Under the pieces are notes generated by a model. It had not been told where the DNA came from. It worked only from the letters and a program-made list of their open reading frames with translations, and made no database searches. Below are positions 37,323 through 50,477 of a DNA stretch of 64,000 bases, piece by piece. Both the position numbers and the translations under genes were made by a program. The first letter of the stretch is position 1, and the number at the start of each line of letters is the position of its first letter. The DNA lies in assembly GCA_036867785.1 (NCBI GenBank), contig CP145410.1, positions 682,001 through 746,000 of the forward strand, written 5' to 3'. This stretch comes from Plasmodiophora brassicae. Lineage: Eukaryota.

Positions 37323-37873
37323 ATGTCGGGAATGAAGAGGCGCAAGCGTGCTGTTGATGGCGACGCCGCCGTTAAGCGGGGACCAGCTGACCCGAGCATT
37401 GCCGGGAAGGTTGCGAGCGCTGGTTCCGACGCCGTCGTCAAGCAGGAGCGCGATGGTGCTGCAGATCATGAACAAGGCAGGGATGGTGTAGATCGCGAGG
37501 TTAGCGGCGATGTGATCGGCGATCACCCGGATCTCTTGTCGCGTACCACAGAGTCGATCGTGTTCCAGGTCAGATGCGGATGATGCTGCAATTCCACCAG
37601 GCGCAGACCGCTGGTTTCTGAGCATCATCTGATCGCAGATATCCGACAAGAGGCGCGTTTCGGTTCGCAAATGGAAGAAGAGTCTGTACGTAGATATTCG
37701 CGAGTATTATGAGAAGAATGGGGAAACGCTACCGGGTTCCAAAGGTACTCTGGACCTCACTGTCACTGCAGGGATCCTGACGGCGTCTAGGAATATCGTT
37801 ATCTGTTGCGCAGTGGCAATGGATTCGAGACAATGCCGAAGCGATCGACGCGGCTGTTGCTGAGATGACTTGA
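37323..37873 (+). CDS. SUB1: Transcriptional coactivator PC4/Sub1 (3 exons)
   Basis: Spliced FQ|ISDKRRVSVRKWKKSLYVDIREYYEKNGETLPGSK|GISLSVAQWQWI is the PC4 ssDNA-binding domain. The ORF track shows only exon 1. Confidence 0.9.
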
Positions 37874-37950
37874 AGGATTCGCATTGATTTGTGGCACACT
37901 ATTGTGTATTCGGAAATCTGTCAATCGTGAGGCGCTAGGGTGCCTGTCGG

Positions 37951-40900
37951 TCAATTCGTATCCATAGACTCGATTCTAGGCTGGTCTGCGTCAGCGTTGC
38001 TGACGATGCTGCGTGTCGAAGGCTCTCGTGTCAGAGGAAGCGCGACGGCTTCGGACATAGACGAGCCGATTGAGGACGCGTGTCTCAGCTTATCGCCGAT
38101 TCGTGGCGTTGCAGGGCTGGCACTACTAATCGAAGCTGACCGCGATTTCGACTCAATCCTGTGCGGGACGACCTGTACTTCGGTCTGCCCAGCCCTGCGG
38201 TCGCCAAGCAGGAAGACGAACTTCTTGAGCGGTTCGGATAAAGTCGCATCGAACATCTCGTCCAGGCGGGACCGCGCGTAATAGTCGCGCATGGACCGAT
38301 TGATGATCGTCATAGCTTTCTGAAGGTTCCGTCGGCGAATCTGCGTCCGGGCCCTGGTAATCCACCCGACGGCGTAGGCTCGCGCTATCAGGAACAGGCG
38401 CAGCATCGCGATCTTGCTGCGAATCGCAAACCCAAGGTTGTTCAGGTGGATGGCGTCGATCGGGTTCTGGTTGAAGAACGTGATCCTAGCACGTCGTCCT
38501 GCGTTGTCATCAGCAACAATGTCGTGTGCGTACATCAGGTTTGTGTCGCGTACCTCTCCAAATCTTTTGAAGCTTAGTCGCCTCTTGGTGCAGGATCTTG
38601 AGACGCTCCGGTCGGTTGCCGCCAAGCTTGACGTAGATGTAGTTGTGGCCGATTGCCATCGAGTTCGAGCGTTCGATAGCCTCCTGCCGTTTCTTCTGGT
38701 ACGTTTCCGTCTTCATGAACCGCCGAATCCGTCGTTGAAGGCGGATCATCTGCATGGTGAACACGTGGTATGGGACGCGCTTGCGCAGCACTGCGCAATC
38801 TCTCGTTGATATCGGGCACGTAGGCCGTAAGGAAAGCAGTGCACATACCAATGTTCGTGATGCGACGCGTATGATTGCCCCTGAACCGACGCTGGATAAA
38901 GAGCACGATCTGCATCGTGTTGCTTCGCATCTGCTGCTTGTCGCGCTGGATAACGGCCTGCCGGACGCGCATCAGGAACACGCGCACACCTCGCTGGATG
39001 ATGATCGCCGCCTGCATCATGCGGGTTTCCTCAGGCGGGAATGTGGAGAACGCGATCGGTGGTTCGCATTCGATGCTGTCGGTGAACTCGTCTTCGGTTG
39101 GGAACACGATTGCGTCCGGGCCACTCTCCAGGGCGCCGTCTCCCTGCGTGATCACATCACGAACCGACGTCTGCAGGACGGGGATCGGCACAAACTCGTC
39201 GCCGCTGCCGGGTACGCTCAATGTGTCTGCCTCGTTCGACATGATCCGAACACGTTCCACAGGCGTCGTCTCGGGGACCGGGAATGCGAACGGCAATTGG
39301 CCAAAGTTCACGCTGACTTGCGGTGGAGCACGTTTCTCACTGCTGGCCTGCGCGTCGTGGTCCATCTCGGCCGCTGGCCTACTGCTTTGGACCGTCGACG
39401 CCGTCCTCTGCCTGATGCCGGCGGTTGTCAGGCCTTTGATTGCAATAGCGGGCAGGACGGGCGACGACGACAGCAACTGGTACTGCTGCTCGACGCTGGC
39501 GGCCGGGAACACACGACTGCCATGGCCAAACAGGACGGCCACCTCGACACCGTTCTTGAACAACGTCAGCGACCCGTTGAACGTGTCAATGACAACGCCG
39601 ACGATATCGCCAGGTCGGTACCCGCTAGCATAGATCATGCTCTGCTGGTTGAAGTAGGCGCGGCCGTCAGATGCGACCCCCATGCTGAACGCGTCGGCGC
39701 CGAGGTACTCGGGCCGGGACAGCGGCGTCTCCGTCGTGACGCCCACCATCCAGTCGAAATGCGACCCGATGGCCACTGCCTCGAAGTAGAATCGACCATG
39801 GACCTGGGCCCGCTGCTCCATGTCCTGCACGAGCTCGATTCCCCGAGCGCGCAACACGATGTCGTCGTCGATCTCGTTCAGGTCGGCGCCCGCGTACCCG
39901 GTCATGTGCAAGGCCAGACTGAGCTCTTCGATCGAGTTCGTCAACGGCGCATCGGGGCCGTTCTCGCGCGCGATCAGTATATGCTCGTCGATGCACGAGT
40001 CTTGCACCATCGAAATTCGCCTGCTGAGCCGTCTGGCGTGATGTGGCGCCGCTGCCGAATCGAGGGACGTGACCGACGTTGCTCTCGAATGCGCCCTGGT
40101 GGACGGTGCGGTGCCGTCCAGCGCCGCTGCTGCCTTTCGACGCTCCGCTTCCTTCACCTTCTTCGCCTTCTCTGCCGACTTGACGTATTCGGTGTGGACC
40201 GCACGCAGGCACGACCAGATGGTCTTGACAATGTCGTCGCGCCCGGCGACCTTGGTGATGTCACGAAGCGAAGAGAGCATCATCTTCAAGTGGCGCCGCG
40301 CGTGATGATCAGGCAGGCGAGGGTACTGCGACACTGGGTTCGTTGACCGAATGACCGCCCAGCGCGGGTACTCGGACGGCGCATCCATGTGCATGGCCGT
40401 GTACCCTTCGTTGGCGACCGTCAGCAGCGGGTGGCAATCCTCGACGCTCAGCGTCGTCTTGTTGCGAATCGGTGTGTAGATCGACCCTGGCGTGAACGCG
40501 TTCATGTCGATATCGCGATACGACGCCATCTTGGTCAGGAACGTGCACCGCTGTTGGTTGAAGATGCGCTCGCAGGATAGGGCCAGCAGGTCGCCCGTAT
40601 GCTTCAGCAGGCTGGGCAGACGCCCGCACAGCAGTCGTGAGTCGCGGCGCTGCTTGTCGAAGTATTTGAAGATGTGGCCGTGCAACATGGCGCGATCCTT
40701 GCGGATGTCGCTGAGCGTGTTGTACTCCAGGAGCATACGCCGCTCCTGCGTCAGCGACATCATCAGCTTGCGCTCGTTGATGACGAACACGCTGGCGATC
40801 GCCTCGACAGTCAACAGCTGCTGTTCGTGTTTGCGCTCGATTTCGACCAGGGCATCCTCGATCGACCCCATCTCGTCGTTGTCATTGCTGACGGTCTGAC

Positions 40901-41180
40901 TGACCATATTCGACACGAGCGAGTTGACCTCCTCGCACCATCGTTTGGTCAGGTCCCGCTCAGCGCCGATCACATCATCCTGTAAACGCTTCAACGTGGA
41001 CAGGTTCGCGCCTCCCGACTTCCTCAGCAACTCCTGCCAGGGCTGGTCGTTTGCCTTGGCACCGATCTTCAGCGTCACTGGGCCCGACGCCTGTGCATGC
41101 GGCACCGTTTGCGCACTCCCCAACATCGATGCACACGACGAATCAGCAATGACACACTTCAAGGTACAGTACGATCGCAT
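37951..41180 (-). CDS. SPRY-domain protein with multiple IQ motifs (start may lie near 41226)
   Basis: SPRY core FYFEAVAIG..WMVGV..YLGADAFSMG..YRPGDIVGVVIDTFNGSLTLFKNG. IQ-like motifs AAIIIQRGVRVFLMR, FIQRRFRGNHTRR, LQRRIRRFMK and ATKLQKIWR|GRRAR. Confidence 0.78.
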
Positions 41181-41520
41181 GGCCGTATATTGATGATTTC
41201 ATACGGTTACTGCACAGACTCGTCATGGCGTCCGGCACGCTGGCAACGACAGCGATCCGGCGTGCGAATGCGTGTTCCACCTCGTGAGGTCCACGGTGGT
41301 GCCGGCGTGCGGCTGGAGTCCGACGGACGAGGAGGGGCCGAACGAGTGTAACACCCTGAGAGGTGTCCCGAGGCCCAGTCAATTCGGATATTGATTCATT
41401 TGTCTGGGGGGTCGGCGCGGCGCGCGTCTGCCATCGTCACAGGCAACACGGCACAGAGCCGCCGTGGGCCGCGACGTCACCACACCCGTCGAGGATCAGG
41501 CGACAGACGATTACCGCGTG

Positions 41521-44472
41521 ATGCTGGCTGTGGGCACGCTGCTCGGGGTGGCGGCTGGCGCCGCCGCGTACCGCGGCAGACCGGCTCCGATCGAGGTCGA
41601 TCCTGCCTATGTGGAGACCGACCCGGATACGTTGTCGGAATACCCGGATGCTAGTGACAAAGGCATGTCGATCGGGTCGGACAGATGCGACATTGAGTTC
41701 CCGGTCTTCTTGGCCAAGAAAGGGTACCGGGCGCTTGCACGTAGTTCGCCGTATCGGCGCTGACATCGTGCAGGACGGCTTCGGACGCACCTGTTACTGT
41801 ATCACAGTGGATGCAGCAGGCGGCACGTCAGTTCCCGAACGCCCCCGCTCTGAAAGTCGAGGAGAAGGTACTCGTCCCGGTACAATGCGTCATGACCAAA
41901 TCTGATGTGCTCTGGGCAGAACGCCACCGGCGATTTGGAGTGGACCGCGACCAGCTGGTCGGAATATAATGCCCAGGTTAGGACGGCGGCCAAAGCGTTC
42001 ATCCATCTAGGCGTCATGCAGTTCGATTCCGTCTGTATCATCGGGTTCAATCGTCCGGAGTGGTTGATCGCCGACCTGGGCGCTATCTGGTGCGGCGCGA
42101 AAGCCGCCGGCATCTACACGACGAACGAACCCGCGTCTGCTGCCTACATTGTGTCTCACTGCAAGGCCAAAGTCGTTGTCGCCGAGGACTGGAAACAGGT
42201 CAAGAAGTTCATTCAAGTCATCGATCAGATCCCCGAGTGTCGTGCGTTCGTTGTTTACAGGGTTAGGAGCAGTCGTATAGGACGTCGACCCTCAGCACGT
42301 ACTGATGATGCCCTTGCAGGACATTAGCGACAGTGAGCTAAAGGAGGCGCGCCTGCATCGGCCAACGTATAAATGGTCTGAATTCATGGCGCTTTCTGAC
42401 GATAGCGACAAGCTGGAGACTACGCTGAATGAACGACTGGCTGCGCAGCGCCCAGGCCATGTTTGCACCTTGATCTATACGTCAGGAACGACTGGACCAC
42501 CAAAGGCGGTCATGGTGACGCACGATGCCGTCACGTTCATGTGCAAACAAGTCGCATTCGCCTTGCCTGATGCGGGCACCGTCCAGGAAAGCTCGATCTC
42601 CTACTTGCCTCTGTCACATATTGCCGCTCAGGTGCTGGACATCTACGTGCCGATCTGGGCCTCGGCCCTTGGAACGCAGCCGGCCACGCTGTGGTTCGCA
42701 CGCCCGGACGCCCTGAAAGGTACGCAGCAATCTTTGTGGTAAAATCCCTGACCTGACTGGAGACATGGTTAGGGTCGCTCCCGGGCACGCTGGCCGCCGC
42801 GCGCCCCACTTTCTTCTTTGTATGCGAACGAGTTTCGCGAAGGAAATGTTCATTTCTGACCTCAGTGGCAGGGTGTTCCGCGAGTCTATGTACTATCGAT
42901 CGCATGGGTGGGCGCGGATAACAGAGGGTGACTTTGCGTGCAGGAGAAAATCGCAGAGCGGATGCAGGCAGTAGAGGCGACCAGCACAGGTTTGAAAGCA
43001 GCCATCGCGAACTGGGCGAAATCGGTGGGCCGGGCGTCATACCGTAACCGCCAGATCAACGGGAGTCACTACACGCCCTGGATGGAATTCATTGCGGACG
43101 CCTTCGTATTTAAGCAGGTCCAGAAGAAACTCGGCTTCGACCGGTATCTCGCGTGCCGTACCCGATGTTATTTACCCGAATATCGATAACATGGCGTCAG
43201 GTGTCGTGTCAAGTTCACAGGTGCCGCGCCCATATCTTTGGAGACACTCGAGTATTTGGCGTCTGTTGGTCTGACAGTACTGGAACTCTGTAGGTTACAT
43301 GGGTGATTGTTGTGGTCGTTCAACTGGACTGACCTGTGTGTGAAGATGGGATGTCGGAATGCACCGGTGCGTGTCACTTCAATACGGTGAAAGCTCAGAT
43401 GGCGGGATCAGTAGGCCGCTCATTGGAGGGTATCGAGGTCCGTCTCGAACATGTCGCTGGTCGTGATAAGCCAGGAGAAGGTACGGCGCGACATCCGTCC
43501 TTAGTGAACCTGCCTCACCTGGGCCCATTCGGCAGGTGAAATTCTGATTCGTGGCCGCAACAACATGGCGGGGTAAAAGAACTGGTCCTCAAAATTCTGT
43601 TAATAATCAAGTGATAGCGGTCGATGTTTAGTTACTATCTGGACGCTGAGAAGACTTCGCAAACGATCGACGCAAACGGTTTTATTCATTCGGGGTACGC
43701 GCCTGATTCGTGTCGAACCTTTGATCTTCATACGCATTTCCCTGCAGGGACATCGGGCGCAAAGATGAATACGGGTTCTATTATATTTCTGGTCGAATCA
43801 AAGAACTAATTATCACGTCAGCCACATTGGGACCCACTTTCAATGCCTGTCTGATCGTATCGTTAGGGCTGGTGGAGAAAACGTTGCTCCGATCCCAATC
43901 GAGCATTCAATCAAGTCCGAGTGTCCAGCGCTTTCCAACGTCATCATGATCGGCGATCGTATGAAGTACAATGTCGCGCTGTAAGACACCAACACGTTGA
44001 TAGCTTGGCACCCTCTAACATTTCGGGTGAACTATAGAATCACCTTGAAGACCAAGATATCACCTGACGGGACACCTCTTCCCGATCTTGATGGCCCGGC
44101 ACTGGACGTCAACCCGAACGTGAAAACCGTGTCCCAGGCCCAGAAGGATCCAACGTGGCGCGCTTACATCCAGAAAGGCATCGATGCAACCAATTCAGCT
44201 GTATCAAGACGGATATATCTGTCCGTTGTTAGAAATGCATTTCATTGACTGTATTCTCAGACGACATCGAACGCGTCTAAAGTCCAGAAATTCGAGATAC
44301 TACCATTGGACCTGAGTGTCGGCGGCGGGGAACTGACACCGTCATTGAAGGCCTGCCGGCCAGCGTAAGTCCACGCTGCATTGCTCGCTGAACGTATCGC
44401 TCCTGATGATTTGTAATGTCCAATAGGATTGTTCAGAAGTACAAAGACCTCATCGACAGCATGTATAAGTAG
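41521..44472 (+). CDS. Long-chain acyl-CoA synthetase (ACSBG/bubblegum-like), many exons
   Basis: IIGFNRPEW, YTSGTTGPPKAVMVTHD, SYLPLSHIAAQ, GMSECTG, AGGENVAPIPIE and GGELTPSLK. The start may extend upstream. Confidence 0.9.
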
Positions 44473-44612
44473 TCAGGCAAGCGGTGGCAGTGCTTGTTGT
44501 CCAGTGCACTGCCCCGGTTTCCAGGAATACACAAACCATAGCCTTCGTTCCCCAATTCAGTCGTGGACGGTAGCGACCAGCAGTAACCGTTTATTTCGGT
44601 AAGTGACCGTTC

Positions 44613-47600
44613 TCAGGTGAGCAGGTTGTCGAATGTGTTAGGGATCTGGGCAGCGATGGTCTCGATCTGAACGGGGTACGAACCCGGTCGGTAATGCTGA
44701 CCGTCTGCTGGGGTCGCTGCCAGTTGCCACTCAGGCCGACCCATTTCGCTGCGCGTGCCGTGTCGCCGGGTCTTCAGGACGGACCATAGACGTTGCATCG
44801 CGTATAACGCTCGCACTATGAAGCAGACGGCGATGAAGATGGACTGGATAGCCGACAAAGCAAGCGACGCCTGCACACGAACGGGGTCCGTCATCATACC
44901 GGGAATGGACCCGATCAAAAGGAGAACGACCAGAACCCGAGACCAGCTGGCAATGATGGTCAGGTAATGGTCGACGCGGCCAATGACTGGCTTGTAATAA
45001 TGATAGCTGCCAACGTAAGCGATCCTGACGAGAAACAACACGACAATCTCGGCGAACGTGTACGACTCCAGCGTAGCAACGACGATGGCATCCAGGGATT
45101 TCGCTGCCAGCTTCCAGCAGACAAACATGCCCTTATCGGGGTAGTAGTCGTTGACAAGCGGGCCGAAACGAGCGTTGAACACGACCGGGTCGTACAATGA
45201 CCTGCGCATGATGACCCAGGCGCTAGCGACGACGAAGACGACGGAGTACAGGATCGCAACAATACCAATCCCCAAGAGCACCAAGGACGACTCGTCGTTG
45301 ACAGAGACGACATGGACGCAGCAGGACACTGTTGTGATCTGGAACAGGTACAGCTGGACGCGAATGCTGTTGGCGACAATGAAGTCGACGATGTACTCGC
45401 GGTTGTTGTCGGGGAACAATCGCCGACGAACCGGGCCGATGAAGAAGGCCAGGCGGCCGAGGAGCCCGACCAGAACAACGGCGCATATCATGGTCAGGTT
45501 AATGATGATAGCGGCCAGGGCAAGGTTTCTCAGTGACACCTTCAAGCCTTCGCTGACGAAACGCAACTGGGTGGTCGTTACGCGCGCCGACCTGCCCTGG
45601 ACTCGGCCACGAACGCTTTCGAGGAATCGCTCCAACGGGAACAAGTTCGTAATGACGACTGGGCACCCGAACGTCCAGAAGCTGGACGATTCCGTTGTCG
45701 TGTCCGACAGGTTCAGGCTCTCCGACAGGGACCGCGTCACCAACGTGTGCTGGGCGAAATCGAACGCGATCCACATCGATGGGCCACGCGTCCTTGCTGC
45801 CGACATCGCCGATCCAGATGAGACGGCGGGTGCCGATGTTGCACTGGACATCGACATAGCTAAGGTCGAGGGCTCCCATTTGAGGACCTTGCCAACCGAA
45901 CACGACTTCCAAATGAAATCGTACCTTCTGCAGCTGCTGAGATGGTCGCCGTGGCACCACCAACAACGGAGACAGTCCCAGACCCGACCGTGATCGCCGA
46001 TACCGTCTGTGGCGATACGAACAGCTCGGATCCCTTAGGCAATGATGTGCAATTGCTGCAGCGGTCCTTGTGAGACGATAGAATCGCGGTTCGTGTCGTC
46101 ACCAGAGGCGACGCCCTCTGCTTGCGAACTGTAGACGACGGCGACGCCTTCTGCTTGCGAACTGTAGACGACGGCGCCGGCTTCAGGTACGCGTTTGCCT
46201 TTGTTGTGGAGATCGGGGTCTGGATCGCGAATTGGGTCAGGTGCGTGCAGGAACACAACGCTCGGTCAGATCCGGATGGTGGCACAATCGTGCACCCTGA
46301 CGTCGACCAGGACGGTGAGCCGGTCTTCGCCGCGTCCGTTGTCCCCGGTCGCCAGACGCAGCGCGACCCAGCTGGAAGAGGGCCTTTATATGCCGTATCG
46401 ATGAGGATCGCATCGGTGGCGTTCGTTACAGGGATCGTTGCGAGCGACGATGTGTTCAGCAGGTCCACGCTGGTGACCGGGGAAGCGATCCCGGCCGTTA
46501 TCGATGTCGACTGTCGAACGCGAACGTGAGCATCCGGCAAGCCTGCCAGCAATGTCTTTGGCACGCGAACGGGACATGGCCGTGTCGATACCCGGGGGCA
46601 TACATACGACGACGCGGTCGACGCCGTGAAGACGTCCGTGGTCCAAGCCTGCAGCGTGAACGACGTCCCGTTGAGGACGTTGTCGCAAGCCAGGCAGTCA
46701 CCAGTGGCACCGTTGACGACGGCTAAGGCGGCGCCAAGCGCGTCTAGGGCGGCATTGGGCGACAGCAGCGTCGGGTTCGCGTCGATGACGGCGGAGACGG
46801 CGTTCGAGAGGTTGCGCAGCTGATCGAATGATATAGTGGCCGACGTGACCGACGGCAGCGCCGCGGCCGTCGTGTCCAGCATCGCTTGCAGGGACGACGT
46901 GCTCATCGCACCGGCGTAGTACGCCATCGCCTGCATTAGGCCGACGACCTGGGATGCGTTGGCGGGCGTCGTCATGCCCGCCGAGGATACAGCCGACGTG
47001 ATCGTCTTCACGACGACGTCGATGCGCGGTGATGGTGAAGTCGCGTTCCATGAGAACAGCTGCGACAGCAGGTTCGACGCCGACGTCGACTGTGATGGCA
47101 GGGGAGAGGCGGCGTTCACAGACGGCGAGCTTACGACCCATGCGTAGAGCGACTGGCCGGTCAGGTCCTCATTGTAGACCTGTTTCGCGATTAGGGACAG
47201 GGTGTGGGCGTTACTGGCGTCGCCAGAGGGCAGAACGGTCGTCAGGGTTGCCGGGGAGTTCAAACTGGCACAGATTGTGTCGGCCAGCTGGACCTCGTAT
47301 CCGCTGGTGAGCACGGCGAAGAAGCGGACGCATCGCTGGCCGGTTTCCAACAAGTACTTGACCTGCAGTACGAACGGGGTCGACGAAGCGTTTCCCGATG
47401 CAGGCGTAACGGCGAACGACATGAACTGGCTGCTGACCGGCTGCATGGGGCTGAACGAGGTTGTCGTGGACGTGGCGCCAAGCCTTGGGTGACGAACGGT
47501 GAACGTGCAATCTACTGGGGCACCCTGGTACGCCATGAACTGTTGCGGGCCACTCGTTGTGATGTTGGTCGCAAATAACCCGCTCGGGAAGACGACAACC

Positions 47601-49107
47601 GGGTTGTTCGCTGTCGACGTCAGCAACGCCCGCCCGTATCGCTGGGCTAGCTGACTAACTGGAACGCCATTGCAGGCCCAGGACACGTTCGTCAACGTCG
47701 GGTCGCCTGCGCCCAGCAACCTGACGCGACCGCGTAATTTGACGGCTTGGTCCCAGGGAATCGATGCGGGGATCGGGTCGATCGACGCAGCGATCAACGG
47801 CACACTCGTCGATGTTCGTGGACCTGCCAGGACAGCCGTCGATCGCGTTGGGCCAGGTGTTGGCGCAGGCGACGGCCTCGGATACGGGGTCGGCGAGTTC
47901 GTGGTCAACGTCGTCGCGCGCTGGGTGGGCGGTTGCGCTGGGCAGGTTTTCAGGTTGCCGACCTGGTAATTCTTTGCATTGCGGATGCATCCTGTGGGCG
48001 GCGACGGGACGCATGTCAGCGCTGGAAGTTGCAACGTCAGGACAACGGGCGAGGACTGGCACAGGGCGGTCAGCGGCATGAACAGGGCAGGAGGCAGCCA
48101 CACGAGACGTGGGTTGTTGTACATTGCCCTGTTGAAACACACCCACACACGATCCTGTTCAGACTCGTGGTGGAATTACAACACGCACTGGAGTAGTACA
48201 AGGTCTGGATGCTGGTCAACGTGTCGAACAGACCAGCCTCAATCGACTGGATCGTGTTGTTGTTGATGAACACGTTGGTGACGGAAGCGGTAAACGACGA
48301 CGTGAGGTTGAACATCGAGCGGGTCAGCGCTCCTGTCAGACCCCTGTTGCTAACGTCGCTGTCCAGTGCCTCCTGTCAGAGCGTCGAATGTGTGACGACG
48401 ACCCGCCGAACCTACACTTGTCCAGGCAGGCAGGTCGTGTTCCACGCCATGTACCGATCGCAGATGCACTTGCCAGGGACGACGCAGAGGCCCGACGTGG
48501 CCGGACAGGTACGCGTCCCGGCCGGCGTCAGGTAGTTGCCCGCTGCCATGTTCGGCGGTCGCACAGGAACACACTTCAGCGACGACATCCCGTACTGCAG
48601 GTCGAGCTGGACCGTCGTCAGCGCCACACACTTGGCGAACAGATCCGGTGGCAACCACTGAATGTTCGGGTTGCTGTACATGTGCCTGTACGAAGCGACG
48701 CGCGTTATGTCCATCGTTGTGCCAGGGACGTGGGTTCCACGCTACAGTGTGCTGACGGCCGTCAGACTGTCGAACACGCCGAAATCGATGCCCGCGATCT
48801 GGTTGCCGTACATGTTGACGACGGTGACGCTCTGGGCGAACGACGCCGTGAAGGCGAACATCGGGACGGTGATGACGCCCGAGAGCCCCACGCCGATCAG
48901 CGAGCTATCCGCGGTGTTGGTGGCCGTTGCAGACGACGCCGGGCCACACCATCGAGCTTACATGCCACCTGGCGCGCAGGACTTCGGGTACAGATCGCAG
49001 ACGCAGGCGCCGGGTGTCGTGCAGTACCCCGATGGCTGGGCGCTGATCAGCGCGCAGAGCACCACCCATGCAAGGGCGGCCGCAGATGCTGGCAGGCGGC
49101 CCGTCAT
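44613..49107 (-). CDS. Polycystin-1-like receptor: signal peptide, LRR modules, REJ-like region, GPS motif, multi-TM domain
   Basis: Signal MTGRLPASAAALAWVVLCALISA. LRRs NMYGNQIAGIDFGVFDSL and INNNTIQSIEAGLFDTL; REJ-like FAVTPASGNASSTPFVL; GPS CVW...WSTSGC...CSCTHLTQFAI. The TM region contains ARFGPLVNDYYPD. Confidence 0.78.
46107..46176. repeat. 33-bp in-frame tandem duplication (encodes PSSTVRKQ[K/R]AS twice)
   Basis: ggcgacgcc(c/t)tctgcttgcgaactgtagacgac at 46107-46139 and 46140-46172. Confidence 0.9.
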
Positions 49108-49253
49108 GGCGTCCCAGCACCTGTTGTTGCCTTCAACGTTGTGCGCGCCCCGATACCTACCCGCCGTACGGTGGCGCGGTCGGCTCGTTCCAGTCATATC
49201 CCTGGAAATATCGTGTGCACGTTGCCCAGTCGGCGTGTGTATGGGGGGGATCA

Positions 49254-50285
49254 TCAGACCCAGTCCCGCAGGACCGACTCGAGGAGCGCTTCCAGTTCCT
49301 GTTCCCTGATGTCGCCGATTTGACGGATAACGTCGTCGACGACGTCGAGGACGCGTCCGGGTGCGTCGTCGACGACGTTGCGGCCGGCCTTGTCGACAAC
49401 GACCAGACTTGCATTCGGCATGCTCGATTGCTGCATGGTGCGAACAGACGTCGAGGGAACGACCGTATCCCACCAACCGACGACGATGGAGGTTGGAACG
49501 TCCAGGCTCGCCAATCGGGCAAACACGTCCGAGCGGTCCTTGAACTGGACCGTACACAGGCGGCTCCGTTTGAAATCATGTATCCTTGAGACCAAAGTGC
49601 CACGCAGGTGCGAAACGACGTCTTCGACGTAAGCCAAAGCCGCTTCCGGAAGCAGGTGGCGCCTAGCCAGAGAGTCCAGACACCGGAGCACGACGTGGGC
49701 TGCTGCTGATGTGGCAACCAGAGACGTTGACTGAATGTGCTCGTTGGCCGCCAGGTCATTCAGCTTTGATATAGCGACCACTGCTGGATTCCAGGGGCGA
49801 TGGTGTCGATTGACGGGAATGCCAGCGGGGGATACGAGGACGATGCCGTCAATGCGACGCGGGTAGGCTAGGGCGAACGCCGAGGACAGAATTGCCCCGG
49901 TTCCCACTCCGACAATAACCAGAGGAGCCTTATCGTGGTTGGGTTCGTCAACAAACCTGATCATGTTATGGATCTGGACAACCTGCGCGTCCGAGACAGT
50001 CCCGTTGGCGTCAGACGCGTCGAATAGGTCAAACGATAGCCAGCGAAAGGGTCGCGATGGCCGCGACCTATACGTCATCAGCAACCCTTGGAAATCGGAC
50101 ATGGACCCGGGCGTATCGTGCACGAACACGACCAGCGGTGACGACGCAACCGCACCGCACTCGTCATAGACGTACGAGCATGGGCCACCAGCCAGGCTGG
50201 CAACGCCGGCGCAGCTGTCCGCCGTCGCCGCCGCCGCCGCCGCCAATGACAACCCAACAACGAGGCCGCAGACCGCCAACAGCAT
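49254..50285 (-). CDS. Secreted alpha/beta-hydrolase-fold protein, probably catalytically inactive
   Basis: Signal MLLAVCGLVVGLSLAAA; fold motifs PLVVFVHD, IVGVGTGAILS..YPRRIDGIVLVSP, VPTSIVVGWWDTVVP and VVDKAGRNV. Confidence 0.75.
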   Translation of the reverse strand: MLLAVCGLVVGLSLAAAAAATADSCAGVASLAGGPCSYVYDECGAVASSPLVVFVHDTPGSMSDFQGLLMTYRSRPSRPFRWLSFDLFDASDANGTVSDAQVVQIHNMIRFVDEPNHDKAPLVIVGVGTGAILSSAFALAYPRRIDGIVLVSPAGIPVNRHHRPWNPAVVAISKLNDLAANEHIQSTSLVATSAAAHVVLRCLDSLARRHLLPEAALAYVEDVVSHLRGTLVSRIHDFKRSRLCTVQFKDRSDVFARLASLDVPTSIVVGWWDTVVPSTSVRTMQQSSMPNASLVVVDKAGRNVVDDAPGRVLDVVDDVIRQIGDIREQELEALLESVLRDWV

Positions 50286-50477
50286 CGCTGGGCGAACCGC
50301 AGCAGCAACTGCCTCGGGACGACCCAATTTGGCGCCGCATGCAGCAGCCGCCTCGTTACTCGGGATGAGATTTTCGAGAAGTGTCGGCGCCTGCACCGCT
50401 GCTCTATTTATAGCGCAGCCTCGACTGCGTCCGTCGGGGGTCGGGGTGCAGCCGCCGCGTCATTCGCGTGCTTCTGC

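Noticed and set aside
38754-40346. 530-aa plus-strand ORF
   Set aside because: It is the antisense shadow of the SPRY/IQ gene, expected from GC-rich codon bias, and has no recognisable motifs.
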